Below the pieces are notes generated by a model. The model had not been told where the DNA came from, ran no database searches, and saw only the letters and a program-made list of their open reading frames with translations. A stretch of 64,000 bases of DNA from Vicugna vicugna (taxonomy: Eukaryota), in the NCBI GenBank assembly GCA_013265495.1, contig MU063101.1, positions 6,066,164 to 6,130,163 on the forward strand, written 5' to 3'. The position numbers and the translations under genes were made by a program. Shown here one piece after another: positions 1-12,430 of this stretch (position 1 is its first letter; each line of letters starts with the position of its first letter).

Positions 1-973
1 CAGCATTGGCTTCAGGCTTGGCTGGTTCTGGGTACTCTGATAGACTGGCCATGAAACTATTCCTCTTCATACCCTAGCTGTTTTCCTCTGTGATGGACTT
101 ACTCACAGGCAGACTTTCCCTGAGTCAGGGCCCATCAGTAGCTATAGCTTCCATTTTGCCACTTAGCAATCCTGGCAGAGCAAAGAGCATCCTCTTCAAA
201 TAATATTTGCAAATGTCCCAGGGGTGGCTCTCAGGGGCCTGGCTTTTACCTGAATTCATCACCATGATTTGGACTGGCCAGCCCTGGGTTACTGACCACA
301 CCTCAAGGAGCCCCTCCCGAACCTCAGGTACTCCCAAGGTGGAAGGTGCTTCCCATAGGAAAGTCCAGCCCGGTAGGCAAAACCAGTAGGTGCCCACGAT
401 AGGATTCAGGGAAGATGGAGTGGGATATGGACCCTGACTGGCTCTAAGGAAACCCAGAGAGATGGAAATGGGAGTTTCTCTGTGACCAGCAGAGACAGTT
501 GAAAAACACAAAGCTTCTAAAGGAAATCAATCACAGACCACAGTTGTGGGGTAAGTCCAGGGACTTGCTGAGACTGATAAAGGGGAGGCGTGGCAAGAAG
601 AGGAAGTCAAGACAGCTAACAAAGGGATGTGAGGGTTCTTAAGATCTCTGTTTCAGTGTATGTCGATAAAGAGGAAGGACCCCTTGCTTGTCGGTTGAGA
701 GAAGTGGCCATGGTGAGCCATCTCTTTGGATACAGGTGAGCTGATGACATCCCCTTGCCCCTGGCTCCTGCATGACTGCTGAAAAGGGGTTTTGCAGAGC
801 AGTCTTCACAACCCAGACAAGCTCTGTCTGCCCTGTCAGTCTCTGCACACTCCTGGAAACCCTGACAGAGATTTCTGGGCTCTGAAGTGACCCTCAGATT
901 GGGGTTGAGATTCGGCAATGCTCACCTTTTAGGCAGCCATTCTTTGCTCTGGGCATTTATCTTTAAAAATGAG

Positions 974-1204
974 TGTGACTCTAGTGTGACAACCCTGTAT
1001 TGTATATTTGAAAGTTGCTGAGAGGGTAGATTTTAAGACTTCCCATCACAAGAAAAAAATTATAAATATATGAGGTGATGGATGTTAACTAAGCTTATTG
1101 TGGTGATCATTTTACAATGTATACATATATCAAATCACTGTGCTGTACACTTGAAACTAATACAATGTTATATGTCACATATATCTCAATAAAATGGGAA
1201 AAAT
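974..1204 (+). mobile_element. Old L1 (L1MA-like) 3' end fragment
   Basis: Typical L1M 3'UTR text (ttgaaagttgctgagagggtagattttaag ... tgctgtacacttgaaactaatacaatgttatatgtca ... ctcaataaaa). Confidence 0.85.
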
Positions 1205-1439
1205 TAGTGAGGGGATTGATGATTTTGCTGGTACCATGGCAGGTAAGCTCTGAAGTCAGTCCCTTTAGGGTCCCATTTAGACTACTTTTTCTCTACCTGG
1301 GTCACAGAGAGAGCTCAGACATGTTTCTCTTATTCTTGCCCCCATAGGGGTGCCTCTTTTGGTGCTTATACAGGGCAGAATGAACACTTTAGCCCTTAGT
1401 TCTAATACTAGGTTGAGTTTTCCTGATCACTTAAAAATA

Positions 1440-1661
1440 TAAGGCATATTCTTTTCCATTATGGTTTATTACAGAATATTGAATATAATTACCTATGTTA
1501 TATAGTTATATGTAAGACTTTGTTGTTTATCTATTTTATATATACTAGTTTGTATCTGCTAATCCCAGAGTATACACCCCCCCAACACACACACACACTG
1601 AATCACTTTGCTGTACACCAGAAACTAACACAACATAGTAAATCAACTATACTTCAATAAA
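1440..1661. mobile_element. 5'-inverted cetartiodactyl-type L1 3' fragment
   Basis: 1446-1569 is the reverse complement of the L1 segment gggattagcagatacaaact...ggaaaagaatat. 1570-1661 is the sense terminus ctgaatcactttgctgtacacc...cttcaataaaa. Flanked by aaaaata at 1433-1439 and 1662-1668. Confidence 0.8.
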
Positions 1662-1829
1662 AAAAATACCAGTCAGATCATACAATCCTTCATTCAGGGC
1701 TGTCGGACAGCTTTTTTTCTCTGGGTCAAGGCCAAGTCCTAATAAGTCATACTTGGTCTTACACCATGGGATCCTCCGTTAACTCTCCCTTGCTTGCTCC
1801 ACAGCAGCCACCTGGCCTTCTCACTTACT

Positions 1830-1985
1830 GATGTTATCATCTGTCTGCCCCATCCCCCACTATTATGCAAGCTATGTGAGGTCAGGAAATTTTTTCTTAC
1901 TGTTCTACTTACTTCTGTGTCCTCAAAATCTGGAGGAATACCTGCACATAGTAGGTACTCAATAACTATCAGTTGAGTTGATGCA
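1830..1985 (+). mobile_element. L2 3' end
   Basis: ...acatagtaggtactcaataa... L2 terminal motif. Confidence 0.7.
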
Positions 1986-1994
1986 TTTACTCAC

Positions 1995-2300
1995 ACATGT
2001 GTGCACACGTTCATTTCTCCAGTATTTGCTGAATGTGTATAGAGCGCCAGCTAGAACTTGGAGTTGCACTCAGCAAGAGAAGCTGGACATGGTTTCTGCC
2101 CCTACCAGCTTATACCCGAATGAGGAGAGAGTGGCATGTAAACCAACAGTAGCAATCCAATGTGATAATTACTAAGAGGTGGTGTGAACCCGTGATGCTA
2201 AGGGAGCTTGGGGAAGGGGGCAGCACAAGGGCTGAGAGTCCTTCTGCTTCCATACAAGTAATTCCACCTGAGGACCCAACATATAATTGCTATTTCATCA
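1995..2300 (-). mobile_element. L2 fragment
   Basis: cattcatt...cagtatttgctgaatgtg...gacatggtttctgcccct, the reverse-complement L2 3' end. Confidence 0.55.
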
Positions 2301-2679
2301 TTTATTTCCCATTGGAACTGTCTCTAGGTGTATATGCTACTTTTCTGAGCAAATGCACTTCTAAATTCAATAGATTTCTCTGCTCCCATTGTTGAGTTCT
2401 AACTCTTGGGTTGCTTAGTCCCCAAATACTGTTGTTTGCTGGTGGAAAATTGACATTTCCTCCCTGTGATAAGGAGAGATGGAAAACCAGAGAGCCTTGG
2501 TACCTCTTGTTAGCAAGTAAAAGATGCAGAGAGCTGGGCCAGGCACTTCTAACCGTCATCCCTCAAAGGTGGCTCCTTCTGGGTGGCGGGGAAGCCAGTG
2601 TAGCACTTCCTACCTGGTCTTGGCACTTGTTCTTCCTGTTCTCCCCAAGGCTCTTGGGGTGGCCGCTTTCCTCCCATTG

Positions 2680-2925
2680 TTCAAGCGTCAGTTTAAATGC
2701 CACCTCTTTGGAGAGGCAGTTCTTGACAACCCTAACTAAAATTGTCACCTCCCACATCAGACCTAATCATTTTCTTCATATCACTAACTACAGTCTGAAC
2801 ACATCCTGCTTCCTGTGTCTCCCTCATTAGAAGGTAAGTTCTATACAGACAGAAAGTCTTGTTTGCTGCTGTGTCCCCAGTATACATAGTAGATGCTCAT
2901 ATATAATATTTATCAGATATTAACA
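2680..2925 (+). mobile_element. L2 3' end
   Basis: tttaaatgccacctctttggagaggcagttcttgacaaccct ... gctgtgtccccag...catagtagatgctca. Confidence 0.7.
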
Positions 2926-3244
2926 GTTAATAGAAGGGCACTTGAGCATCATGGAATCTTGGTATTTATAAGATTAGAAGGAGCTGTGCTTTTTGTTTGT
3001 TTATTTTCTTTTTGCACCGAGAAAGGTGGAGAAAGGTGAGGCCCTGGGAAAGAAAGCAGCTCAACCGAAGCCACCCCAGAAGAATCTACAGCATTGTCCC
3101 ACCTCATGCTGACACACCATCTCTGTTCTTGTTCAAAGATAAGCTCATGGGTCACTATTAAGATGGGTGGTGACAAAGGTTATCTCTTAGAAGCCATTAA
3201 GAGCCACAGCTCCTGGGCTGGACCTGGCAGAAGCTCCCAGTGAG

Positions 3245-3256
3245 GCCCTCTAGTGG
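3245..3256 (-). promoter_or_regulatory. Candidate CTCF core motif
   Basis: Minus strand reads CCACTAGAGGGC, matching the CTCF core. Motif only; binding untested. Confidence 0.35.
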
Positions 3257-3574
3257 TAGCCCTGTTATATGCACGCAGCTCTTCCAAGCTCCCTCGGGGT
3301 TCATAATGACAGAGAGCACAGCCTTCTTCATCTACCTCCTTCTGGACGCTTATTACAGATTCCACTGGGACCATGCTTGACAAACACCAAAACCACTATA
3401 ATTCCAAGAATGACCTTAAACAGCGTTTGATAGGACTGTTAGAACCAAAAACTTATTTTCAGTACTAAATAATCCCTCCAGCCTTGTGGTTCCAGTGCAT
3501 TCCAGAATTGCCGACTTCTCTCATGTTTTTTTGTTTTTAGGAACTGCTCAAATATTTATCCCAGTGTTATTTAT

Positions 3575-4085
3575 TTAAATTTACTTTTTAATTGAGGTAT
3601 AACCTTTTGCAAAATAAATTGCATATATTTAAAATGTACAGCTCAATGATTTTTTTTTGCATATGTATGCATCCGGGTAAGCACCACTGTGATCAAGATG
3701 TGGACACTTCCATGACTCCAGAGGGCTGGCTTGCTTGTGGTCTCTCACAGATAATACCCCCTAAATGTAACCACCATTTTGAATCATACTGTCATAGATT
3801 AGTTTTGCCTGTTTTTGTACTTTATATAAATATCATCATAATATTATCATTCAGGTTTTTTTTTTGTATCTGGATATTTTCAGTCAGTATTTTGACTATG
3901 ATATTCAGTAGTTTATTTTGCTTCATTGCTGTTCATTCACTATTACATGGCATGAACACATTGAAACTGATTTATTCATTCTATATTCAGGATATTTCAC
4001 TTATTTCCAGTTTTTGTCAACTATGAACAAACTCAGAACATTTCCATACGTGTATTTTTGTTTACAAACTACCTTTAAATGCCTT
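3575..4085 (-). mobile_element. Old L1 (L1MC/ME-like) 3' region
   Basis: ttaattgaggtataa...atttaaaatgtacagctcaatga...gattagttttgcctgtttttgtactttatataaat, an antisense L1M 3'UTR. Confidence 0.8.
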
Positions 4086-4409
4086 GCCCTTTCTCATGAA
4101 CCTTTCCCATGTTTCCCATGGAATGTAATGTCATCACCATCCATATAAGAGTGTAGACTCGAAAACTCGATTCTTTCTCCTCAGTCTCCACACATGAATT
4201 CACAAAGTCCTACTGCCTCTATTTCAGAAATATCTCTTGAATTGTTCTCATTGTGATCATCTCAGTTTAATTTTATCAGTTTTTTGTCCCTACTGGCAGG
4301 AGAACGTTGGTCTTCTTTGTCTCTTAGCTGAAGAATGGGCCCATCGATCTGAAAATGCATGCTGTCCTCTTTGAGCACGTAGCACACCTTGGAAACACAC
4401 TGTAATAAA

Positions 4410-4640
4410 AATGATGGTGACTGCTAACATTTTAAGAATGTTTAGTGTCTTTCAGAACAGTCAAAGTCTCTTTATAAGCGTTATCTGGTTTAGTTCTTAC
4501 AACATCCCTGTGAAGTGGATCCTCTTGTCACTCCCCCAGTTTCAGGTGAGAAAACTGAACTTTAAGGAGCTTAGGGGTTGAAAGCTGAGGGGATTGGAAA
4601 CCAGTCTGTCTGAAGAGCCAACTGCTTAGCTACTCTATTA
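4410..4640 (-). mobile_element. MIR
   Basis: cttacaacatccctgtgaagtg...caggtgagaaaactga core. Confidence 0.65.
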
Positions 4641-5289
4641 TAGTTGCCAGTGATGCTTAGTTGAGTTACAAGCTCATATTTAATAAACATTTTGCTTTTC
4701 TATACAAGTGTTGTTTGAAGATTTATAATAATGCATCTGGGAATGAGGTGGATTTGACACCTGCCATCTTGGCTAAAGAAACACTCACTTGCACTTGGAA
4801 ATACAGTGGTATCCAGGCCAATATTCAGGTTTGAGCCTCTCCAGAGTCAGCTAGTTTCCCATGGAGGAAAACCACTGGTGAGAGCGATGAATCACAAGGG
4901 ATCTGGGTCAGACAGTGTGGATGAGACCTTGCAGACCATCTCTGCTAGGAGAAATCTGACTCCTACTGCAGCACTGCTGGTACAGAGCTGCAGTGCTCTC
5001 TTCACATGTGAAGATGGCTTTCATTATATAACCAGGGCATGGGTCTTTCTCGAGCCAGCAGTCTCAGAGCAGATGCAGTGGAATTGGTCCCCATACCCTC
5101 TGTATGAGTTCCAAGTTGGGCTCGAAGCAATCAACAGGCAATGGTGACAGTTCCCGGGAGTCCCAAGGGAACATTCCTTTAGCATCTGGGTTCTTACAGG
5201 GCTTCATATAGGATGCAGGAATTTCATCCTTTTAAATCCTAAAACCTTCAGGATTTAGCCCTCTGGTATGTTACCAGGGATTAAATGCA

Positions 5290-5465
5290 AAAGCTAAGAT
5301 TTATTGAGCACTCACAATGTCTCAAGCACTGGGCTGAGCACTTTATTGTCAAAAGCTTATTTAAAATTCACAATAACCATATTATGGGATAATTATTTGT
5401 ATGATACCCATTTTGCAGATAAGGTTTCTGAGACACAGAGAGGTTAAGTGAAAAGTCCCAGGCTA
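5290..5465 (-). mobile_element. MIR
   Basis: atttattgagcactcac...ccattttgcagataagg...ctgagacacagagaggttaagtga. Confidence 0.75.
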
Positions 5466-5610
5466 GCACTTCTCAGACTTCAATGAGTTTATGAATCATC
5501 TGGATTGAAATGCAGATTCTGATCCTGTAGGACTGGGATAGGAGCTAAGATTCTGCATTTCTAACAGGATCTCAGCAGCTGGTGCTGCTGGTTGGGGGAC
5601 TGACCGCACT
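5466..5610. mobile_element. MER5A-like hAT MITE
   Basis: aatgcagattctgat...gtaggactggg...ttctgcatttctaacag core. Confidence 0.75.
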
Positions 5611-5889
5611 GGGAGCTGATGGTGGCAGAGCTAAGACTCTCTCACAGGCTGCAGGAAACTTCGAGGCTTGCTGTCTTCATCGCCATGCTGTGTTATTTGC
5701 TATTACAGCTCTGACAACCTCTATTATCCCACCTGTTCACAAGTCTAAGATGCACAAATGTCCTTGCTTCCTAACATTAAGACCCAGGAGTGTTCTTCCT
5801 CTCTGTGCCGCTGTCTCCCTAACCTATTTGCTATTCCGCTCACCTCGTGCTCTTGCTCTTCCCCACACATACACAGGCTTGTCCTGTCA

Positions 5890-6200
5890 TGTGCCTTTCT
5901 GGTTTCTCCTCACATGTCTCCTCCTCAGAGAGGGTGCTATCTGAAATAACTCCCCTGACTCCTGCAAACTCCCCCTCTCCTTTATCCTGCTGTAAGCTGC
6001 TTCAGAGCATGTATCACTGTCAGATAGAATATTTCATATACATCTAGTTTATTGTTAATTGTCTTTCTCCCTCACTAGAATTTAAGCTCTGTGAATGCAG
6101 AACTTTGTCAGTTTTGTTCATTATTTTATCTTTAGCATCTAGACCAGTGTCTGCAACATAGTGCAGTTCAATAATTATTTGTGAAATAAATGAATGAGAT
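5890..6200 (+). mobile_element. L2 3' end
   Basis: ctcctcagagagg...cactagaatttaagctctgtgaatgcag...ataattatttgtgaaataaatgaatga. Confidence 0.75.
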
Positions 6201-6239
6201 TATCAATGAGAGAATGAAAACATGGTATAATTTCCTAAT

Positions 6240-6520
6240 TATAACAATAACAGAAGCTTCTAACATTTACTAAGAACATATAGTGCCAAAAAACATACCA
6301 AGTACTTTACCCAGATGATGTCATTTGATTCTTATAAAAACTCTTAAAGAGAGCTGTTATCATTGTTCCCCATTTTCAGATGAGGAGGAAACTGTGGCTC
6401 AGAGACTTACACTAATGTACCCAACGTCACACAGCTATTAAATGACAGAATTAAATTTTTCATCTAGATTTAACTCTCCTAAAGTCACCCAAAATCACTG
6501 TGCTGTGCATGTTACCATAC
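6240..6520 (-). mobile_element. MIR
   Basis: cccattttcagatgaggaggaaactgtggctcagag...gtcacacagcta. Confidence 0.75.
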
Positions 6521-8224
6521 TGCTGTTTCCATGGCAGCAGGTCATGTCACTAACTGTGTTGCAGAATCAACTGGATGGAAGCATTGAGCTTGGAGAGTGG
6601 GACTCCACACTGGAATCACAAATGTTTAAACAAGCTAGAAAAAAAAAATCAGATGACTAGCTTAGTAAATTAATCCTTATTTTTTCCACTTTTCATTTTT
6701 GTGCTATAAGCCTTGTCCTGGTCAGGAGGAATGATTTCACTCAGTGTTTGCTTTTAATTTTACAAAAATGACCTCTGCTATGTGGAAGGATATATTATGT
6801 CATCAAGAATGTACATGTTTAACCCCAGTACCGGGGGTCATGCTACCTCTTACAGCAAGCATGTTATCTCAGAGCAGAAGGAGAGAATGGGAGCCAGGAC
6901 TTCATTTTGTATCCAGTGCCCTCAGCAATTTGTGGAGCATTGTAAACAGTTAAATAGGAATAACCTCTTCTTACTGTTGGAAGCAGGTTAGTGGATTTAT
7001 TTAATCACCGACAAAAGAGTATATTTTCTAGGTGGAAATGTGATCAGCTGGGATGGAAGAGGCCTAGGATTGAGGCTTTGAGCTTTTACATTCTTTGACA
7101 GTAATCCTGAAAGTCCTGTTTTAAAGGGGAAAGATGCATCACCTCCCTTGCTAGTGATTAGAGATGTCCTGCATATAAATCTGTGTTTTCTAGGAAGGTG
7201 ACTCAGCCCTGTTTCCTCCAGAGTTCTTCCAAGACCACCACTTGGCCCAAGAAACTGGGGATCACTAAGGCTTTTCAAAGTACTGCTTTTCTTCAAAGGC
7301 AAAGAATTCAGGTTAAGGATTATGGAGGCTCATGTAAGAAGCCAGGGGAAGTGCAGTGTACAAGCTTCGAGGATGCATGTGGTTGTATTCTTGGAGGCCT
7401 TTTGCATTTGAGGTGTGTGGGAAATGGAGGCTGACTCCAATCCAATATCCAGTCTTTGAGAATGAGCAGAAGTTCAAACCAGTCAATGATGTGTATTAAT
7501 ACTAGTAATAATAAAAACAACAGCAACATTAACAACATAGAAAACACCTTGAGCTTTCTACCTTTCAGTGATCCCCCTGCTGCCACAGGGACATCCAATG
7601 GGTCCAGGGTCCAGGGTCCAGGGTTCAGGAGCCTGATTTATGGAAAGTCTTTAACTGGCCTTGTATGTTGGTCAGGGTCCCAGCAGGATACTGACAGCAA
7701 ATTCAAATTAATCTGAGGAACGTCCAACCAAGAGGTGATTTACAAATGTATGGGTGGGGTATAGGGAGACCATGAGGAATAGTGCCCATGCTCAAGGGTT
7801 AGCAATAGCCAGGCTGCCAAAACTCCTGGTCCTGAAGGGGCAAGAAGAGGAAACGGTTACTGGAACCTGAGCATCCTGCCAAAAGGGTCTCTGTGAGTGA
7901 AGCTGTGGCTTCAGTGTAGGGACGCAGCCTGTCCCAGCTGACCCTGCAGGGAGTGAGCCCTGGCCCCATCCTCTCCCTTCCTCCAGTGTCCTGCTGGGGC
8001 TCCCCACTGGCCATGCCCAAGCGGAAGCCAAAGTCAAGGAAGGACTAGACTGCATCCAGTCCTTGTAATAGCCTCTCCTGCCCTTTTTTTTGTTAAAGCA
8101 GCGTTAGTGGGATTCTGCTTTTCTTTTTTATGTAAATAACTACCATCTTGGAACATTTATTGTAAGTCAGGAAATGGGATAAGTTCTTTATAAGCATTAA
8201 CCAATTTCAAGTAATCCCATATGA

Positions 8225-8345
8225 TGTTCCTTTTCCAGAAGGGCAAACTGAGCCACAGGAAGTTAAATAGCTTGCTCAAGGTTACACAGCCAGAACAGGG
8301 CTGAACCAGTACTCCATCCTGGGTCTGCGTGAGTGTAAATCCCAG
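8225..8345 (-). mobile_element. MIR fragment
   Basis: gcaaactgagccacaggaagttaaatagcttgctcaaggttacacagcc. Confidence 0.6.
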
Positions 8346-11164
8346 ACTCCTGACTGCTTTTTCTCTTCTGTAATGAGAAGAGTCTTCATTGTCCTTCAAG
8401 TTGACTTCAGGATATCAGTGGGACTTCAGTGTGATGCTGTACTTGACCTTGTAGCACTTCTGTCTATCAACCCTTCAGGGCTTCCTTCACCCTCTCCTCT
8501 TCTACTCTGAGCCCTCGAGCTGTCAGGGCTGGTTATCACTTGTTTGCTCCACCCCCAGATCCATTCTCTGCCCTCTCTCACTCTGCACTTAGTCTGACAA
8601 GGATCAGTGGGCAGGAGGAGAGAGAGGGCACTTTTTCACCTGTGCCCTCGTACTCCAACTCCCAAGAGGCTCTTGAAGCACCGTTTCTTCCCTGTGCTTT
8701 TCAGCCCTAGAGGTAGTGAGGGCTTCCTGCTGATGCTGTTCTTGGATGCCTGATCACCCCTGCCAGTCCCCTAACCCTGTCCACGTCTGTAAGCAGATCC
8801 TTTCTTTAATTCTTTTCAGGACCTGAGTTTCCTCTGTTTCTTACAGGGACCCTGTCCTACAAACTGTGTTTCTTCCTGTCTTTGTGAATGTCCAGTCATG
8901 TCTTCAGGACTGCAGGTCTAAAACCTGAAAGTGAGTCCCTTAGGGTATATTGACCTCACACTTGCAAATCCATTGAAAGCATCCCTTTTGGCTCATGACA
9001 ACCAGGCCTAGTGGTGCCTTAAGTAATTCTGGCTCAGGGGATGCAGGGAGGGGCTTGCTTTTCTGAGTGCTCCTTAATAATGCATGCAACAGCCATCAGG
9101 ACATCTCAAGAAATCCAGTGACAACTCCCTGGATAGCTCTGTCATTATAGTAATAATTTGAATCAATAGTGTAGTAGAGCTGCCATACGTTTATTTCACC
9201 CAAGAGATTAAGCAAACAATTATATAAAACATTCTGCAGAAAAAACTAAATGCTCCAGATGCAAAGGGAGACTGTATGCTTGTTCTGAACCAAATGCTTT
9301 TCCTTTAATATATTTATTTTTTGCTGTTTTTGCATCAGATCCTGAATTCCCACATCGAGAAAAAAACCAACTTGTTAATTTACTGAGTTTTAACTTCCAA
9401 CCAGAGGACTCACTGCATGAATGTATATGTTTTTCTTAAATGTCCCAGGATGTACAAGGCAAACCTCACCACCATGTATACATGGCAGAAGCTCACTAAA
9501 TGCCCAGGGACAGTGGCCACAACAGCTGTTGTTGAAAATAATGACTTGGCATGACTTCTGATCACAATGAGTTTCTCCTGGTTATGAGGCCTCACTTCTT
9601 TCTGTCGCCCCTTTTCAGCATATTGAAACACTAGTGCTGCCTTAGTGTGTTGAAACTTCCATTGTGATGGTTTTATTTTTGCATTGGTCTGAGGGAGATG
9701 CAGCCAGAAGCATCTCAAGTGTTGGAGGCAGTATTAACTTCCAGAGGCAAGATTTTCCTCTCTCTTCATGTTATGTAGAGGGTTCTCTAATATTCATTCA
9801 GTATTTGAACTTGGCCATAATTATAGTCTTATTATCCTCACCAGCTTTACTTATCTTATTATCTCCTCCCTCTTGTGTTAGAGGTCAGTAGAACATCCCT
9901 TTTATTAGCCACTTAATCCTTCTATCTAGTAGTTCAACCCTGACTGATGCACTTAAGGTCCTTCTCTGTAGTTAACTTTGCTGACATTTGAGATTCCACC
10001 CTCTGAGTCCTTTCATTGGGCACAAGAATCCCAGTTCTATAGATCAGAAGTTCATAATCATTGAGTTTATTAGAGAGGAGTAGAATTTCATCTTTGCTCA
10101 AGCAGCACTGCTTTATTTTTTATGCTCTCCCTCAACCACTTGTTCTGGATTTGGCTCCTCTATCTTTGCATAATTTTTTTCGCATTCTTTAAAGAAAATT
10201 TTTGTAGCAGCTGGAAGGGCTAAGACTGATATCTAAAAATGTCCACCATCATAGGAAAGGACATGACCTGATGCCCAGGCATAGATAGATTGGTAGAGGC
10301 TTGTTACAGTGGGTATGTTTGTGTCTGTGCGTGTGACAAGACACAGGTGTGTACTGTGAATAGCACATTTTACTGACTCATTCAACAAATATTTATTGGC
10401 ATCCTCCAGTATTCACTGATAAAGGCACTGAATCATCCCAGACCATCATTTCCTGCTATTCCTAACCCTGTACAACCTTTCTCAGGAGACTATGCTCAGT
10501 TTGCGTTTGTTTTTAACTTCTACACTGATGATAAACTTGCAGTGTATATTCCATTGAGAACAAACCCCATAATTTTTATTTTATCTGTTTTACAACTTAC
10601 AAAGATGCTTTTATAGCATTTTGATAGTTCTCTCATATTTCTGACAGCCACTATTGGAAGTTCCCTGCCTGGGAATGCCAGAGTGGGGGCGAGTAGGACA
10701 AGTGCTGTTGCTCTAAGCAACATTCAAGGAAGGGTTATTGCTGGCGTCTGTGTAGTGTACCCTGGTTGGGGGGTTGGGCACACTGGGGCACTGAGAGAAT
10801 TTAAGAGATTGCGATCTCTGTGAATGAACAATGGAATATTCTGGAGTTATGATCAGATACTGTCCTGCTGAGAGAACTTCACAAGAGGTGTCCCCATTAC
10901 CTTGGTCAGCCACATTCTACCTACCAGGTGGGGTTGGGAAAAGCGAGGTTGCCATTTCTCCTGGGCATACTGCTAACTAGTTCTCCCAGCTCCTTACCCT
11001 GTGAGGAGTTAACAATTGAGTTAGGGAGAGTAGATTCCCCAATGACAGGGACTAAAGATGCTCAACCAGTGGCAGTATCAATATGTATCAGAGACATTCA
11101 GCTACATGGGTTACTTTGGGACCTCAGGTCACATGGTTCTTTATTTGGTCTTGGGTGATGGCCT

Positions 11165-11355
11165 CCAGCATGCATCAGAATCCTCTGCAGCAGGCCCCCT
11201 CCCCAGTCCCACATCAAAACACAGGCTGCCCAGCCTCAGACCCAGAGATCCTGATTCAGTGAGTCTGGGGTGGGACCTGACAGTTTGCATTCCTAACAAA
11301 TTCCCAGGTGCTGCTTGTGCTGCTGGCTCTGGGACCCACTTTGAGAATTGCTGGC
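11165..11355. mobile_element. MER5A-like hAT MITE
   Basis: ctgattcagtgagtctggggtggg...tgcattcctaacaaattcccaggtg...ccactttgagaattgctg. Confidence 0.8.
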
Positions 11356-11569
11356 GTATATGTTCCCTGTTCTCCTCTGTATGTGTCTTTGGTGGTTTAA
11401 AAGGGTTAATTTCCTCATGAGTCTTGGGATAACCAGAAGGATATGCCTTTGGTTGGGGGAAGTTTTTTTTTTTTTTAAGCTGTAGTTATTTTAAACATAA
11501 GAAAGTTATAACGAACACCACCATGCCAACGCCCGTGTTTAACAGATGTTTGCAGGGTGCCATATCCCT

Positions 11570-11790
11570 GACAAAAGCCATTTTCTATCAGTGATTTATA
11601 TTGCCTAACTTAACATACTTCTGACAACCCATGACAGAGGTACTCTTATCATCCCCATATTACCCAGGAAGAGACAGGCCCAGAGAGATTTAAAGTCACT
11701 AGCCCCAGGGCCCACAGCGAGCAACCAGGACCCTAAATGTGAACTCAGGAAACCTGGCTTCTAAGAATCTGTGCTCTTCACCACGACAGC
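11570..11790 (-). mobile_element. MIR
   Basis: gacaacccatgacagagggtactcttatcatcccc...aagagacaggcccagagag. Confidence 0.65.
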
Positions 11791-12039
11791 GATCTGCCTC
11801 CAGGGATTTTTAGATCTTTCTTTCTTTTTGTTTTTTTTTTAAGGTATAACATTATAGACTCAAAGTCCTGTCTATACCCTGTTCCTGACATCATTCCACT
11901 TATGCAGGCATGGATTCTCTTGAAGTTGAACTCTGGGGGTAAAGTTTTCAGGGTTCCATTTGGGTCCTTTAAATATGGAACTGCCTTACTATTTCCTGCG
12001 AGTTTGGTTATTTTTCTCTCTGGCCGTGAAGAAATGGCC

Positions 12040-12430
12040 AGACTTTGGTTCTGAGACTGACACCTTCAACAGCTGCCTCCTCACCCACAGAGACATTCCC
12101 AGGTGTCCTAGAGAATGAGACGGCCTTCTCCTCAAGTCTCTGTTTCAGTGCCTCCGGTGGTCTCTCCAAGCTGCAATCACTTCTAGCCATTCCTCCCCGC
12201 TGGCTGACTCCATTTAACCGTCCCAGTCCCGGGGTGCTGACCCCATTGCTGCATCCTTCCTTGTACGTGGCCTCTCCATTGGTCTCTTCCACCGAGTGCC
12301 TCGTTCATTCATTTAGTCACTCATTTACTACAAATGTTTATTGAGCACCTACTGTGTGTCATGTACTCTCCTAGGTCCTGGATGCAGCAGTAAGTGAAAG
12401 AGAGACAAAAATCCCAGCCTTTCAGGCATT
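12040..12430. mobile_element. L2 fragments
   Basis: Pyrimidine-rich L2 body, then cattcatttagtcactcatttactacaaatgtttattgagcacctactgtgtg (antisense L2 3' end). Confidence 0.55.

Noticed and set aside
51-115. ATG AAA CTA TTC CTC TTC ATA (MKLFLFI), resembling a beta-defensin signal-peptide exon
   Set aside because: Stop after 8 codons, no consensus donor, and no downstream six-cysteine exon found.
200-480. Possible old MLT1J/K remnant
   Set aside because: Only one short motif resembles the consensus.
4290-4405. Minus-strand frame VCYVLKEDSMHFQIDGPILQLRDKEDQRSP after a tttccaag acceptor
   Set aside because: Unrecognised peptide with no convincing donor and no partner exons.
8500-8850. Possible ERVL-class LTR remnant
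   Set aside because: Similarity too short and degraded to call.
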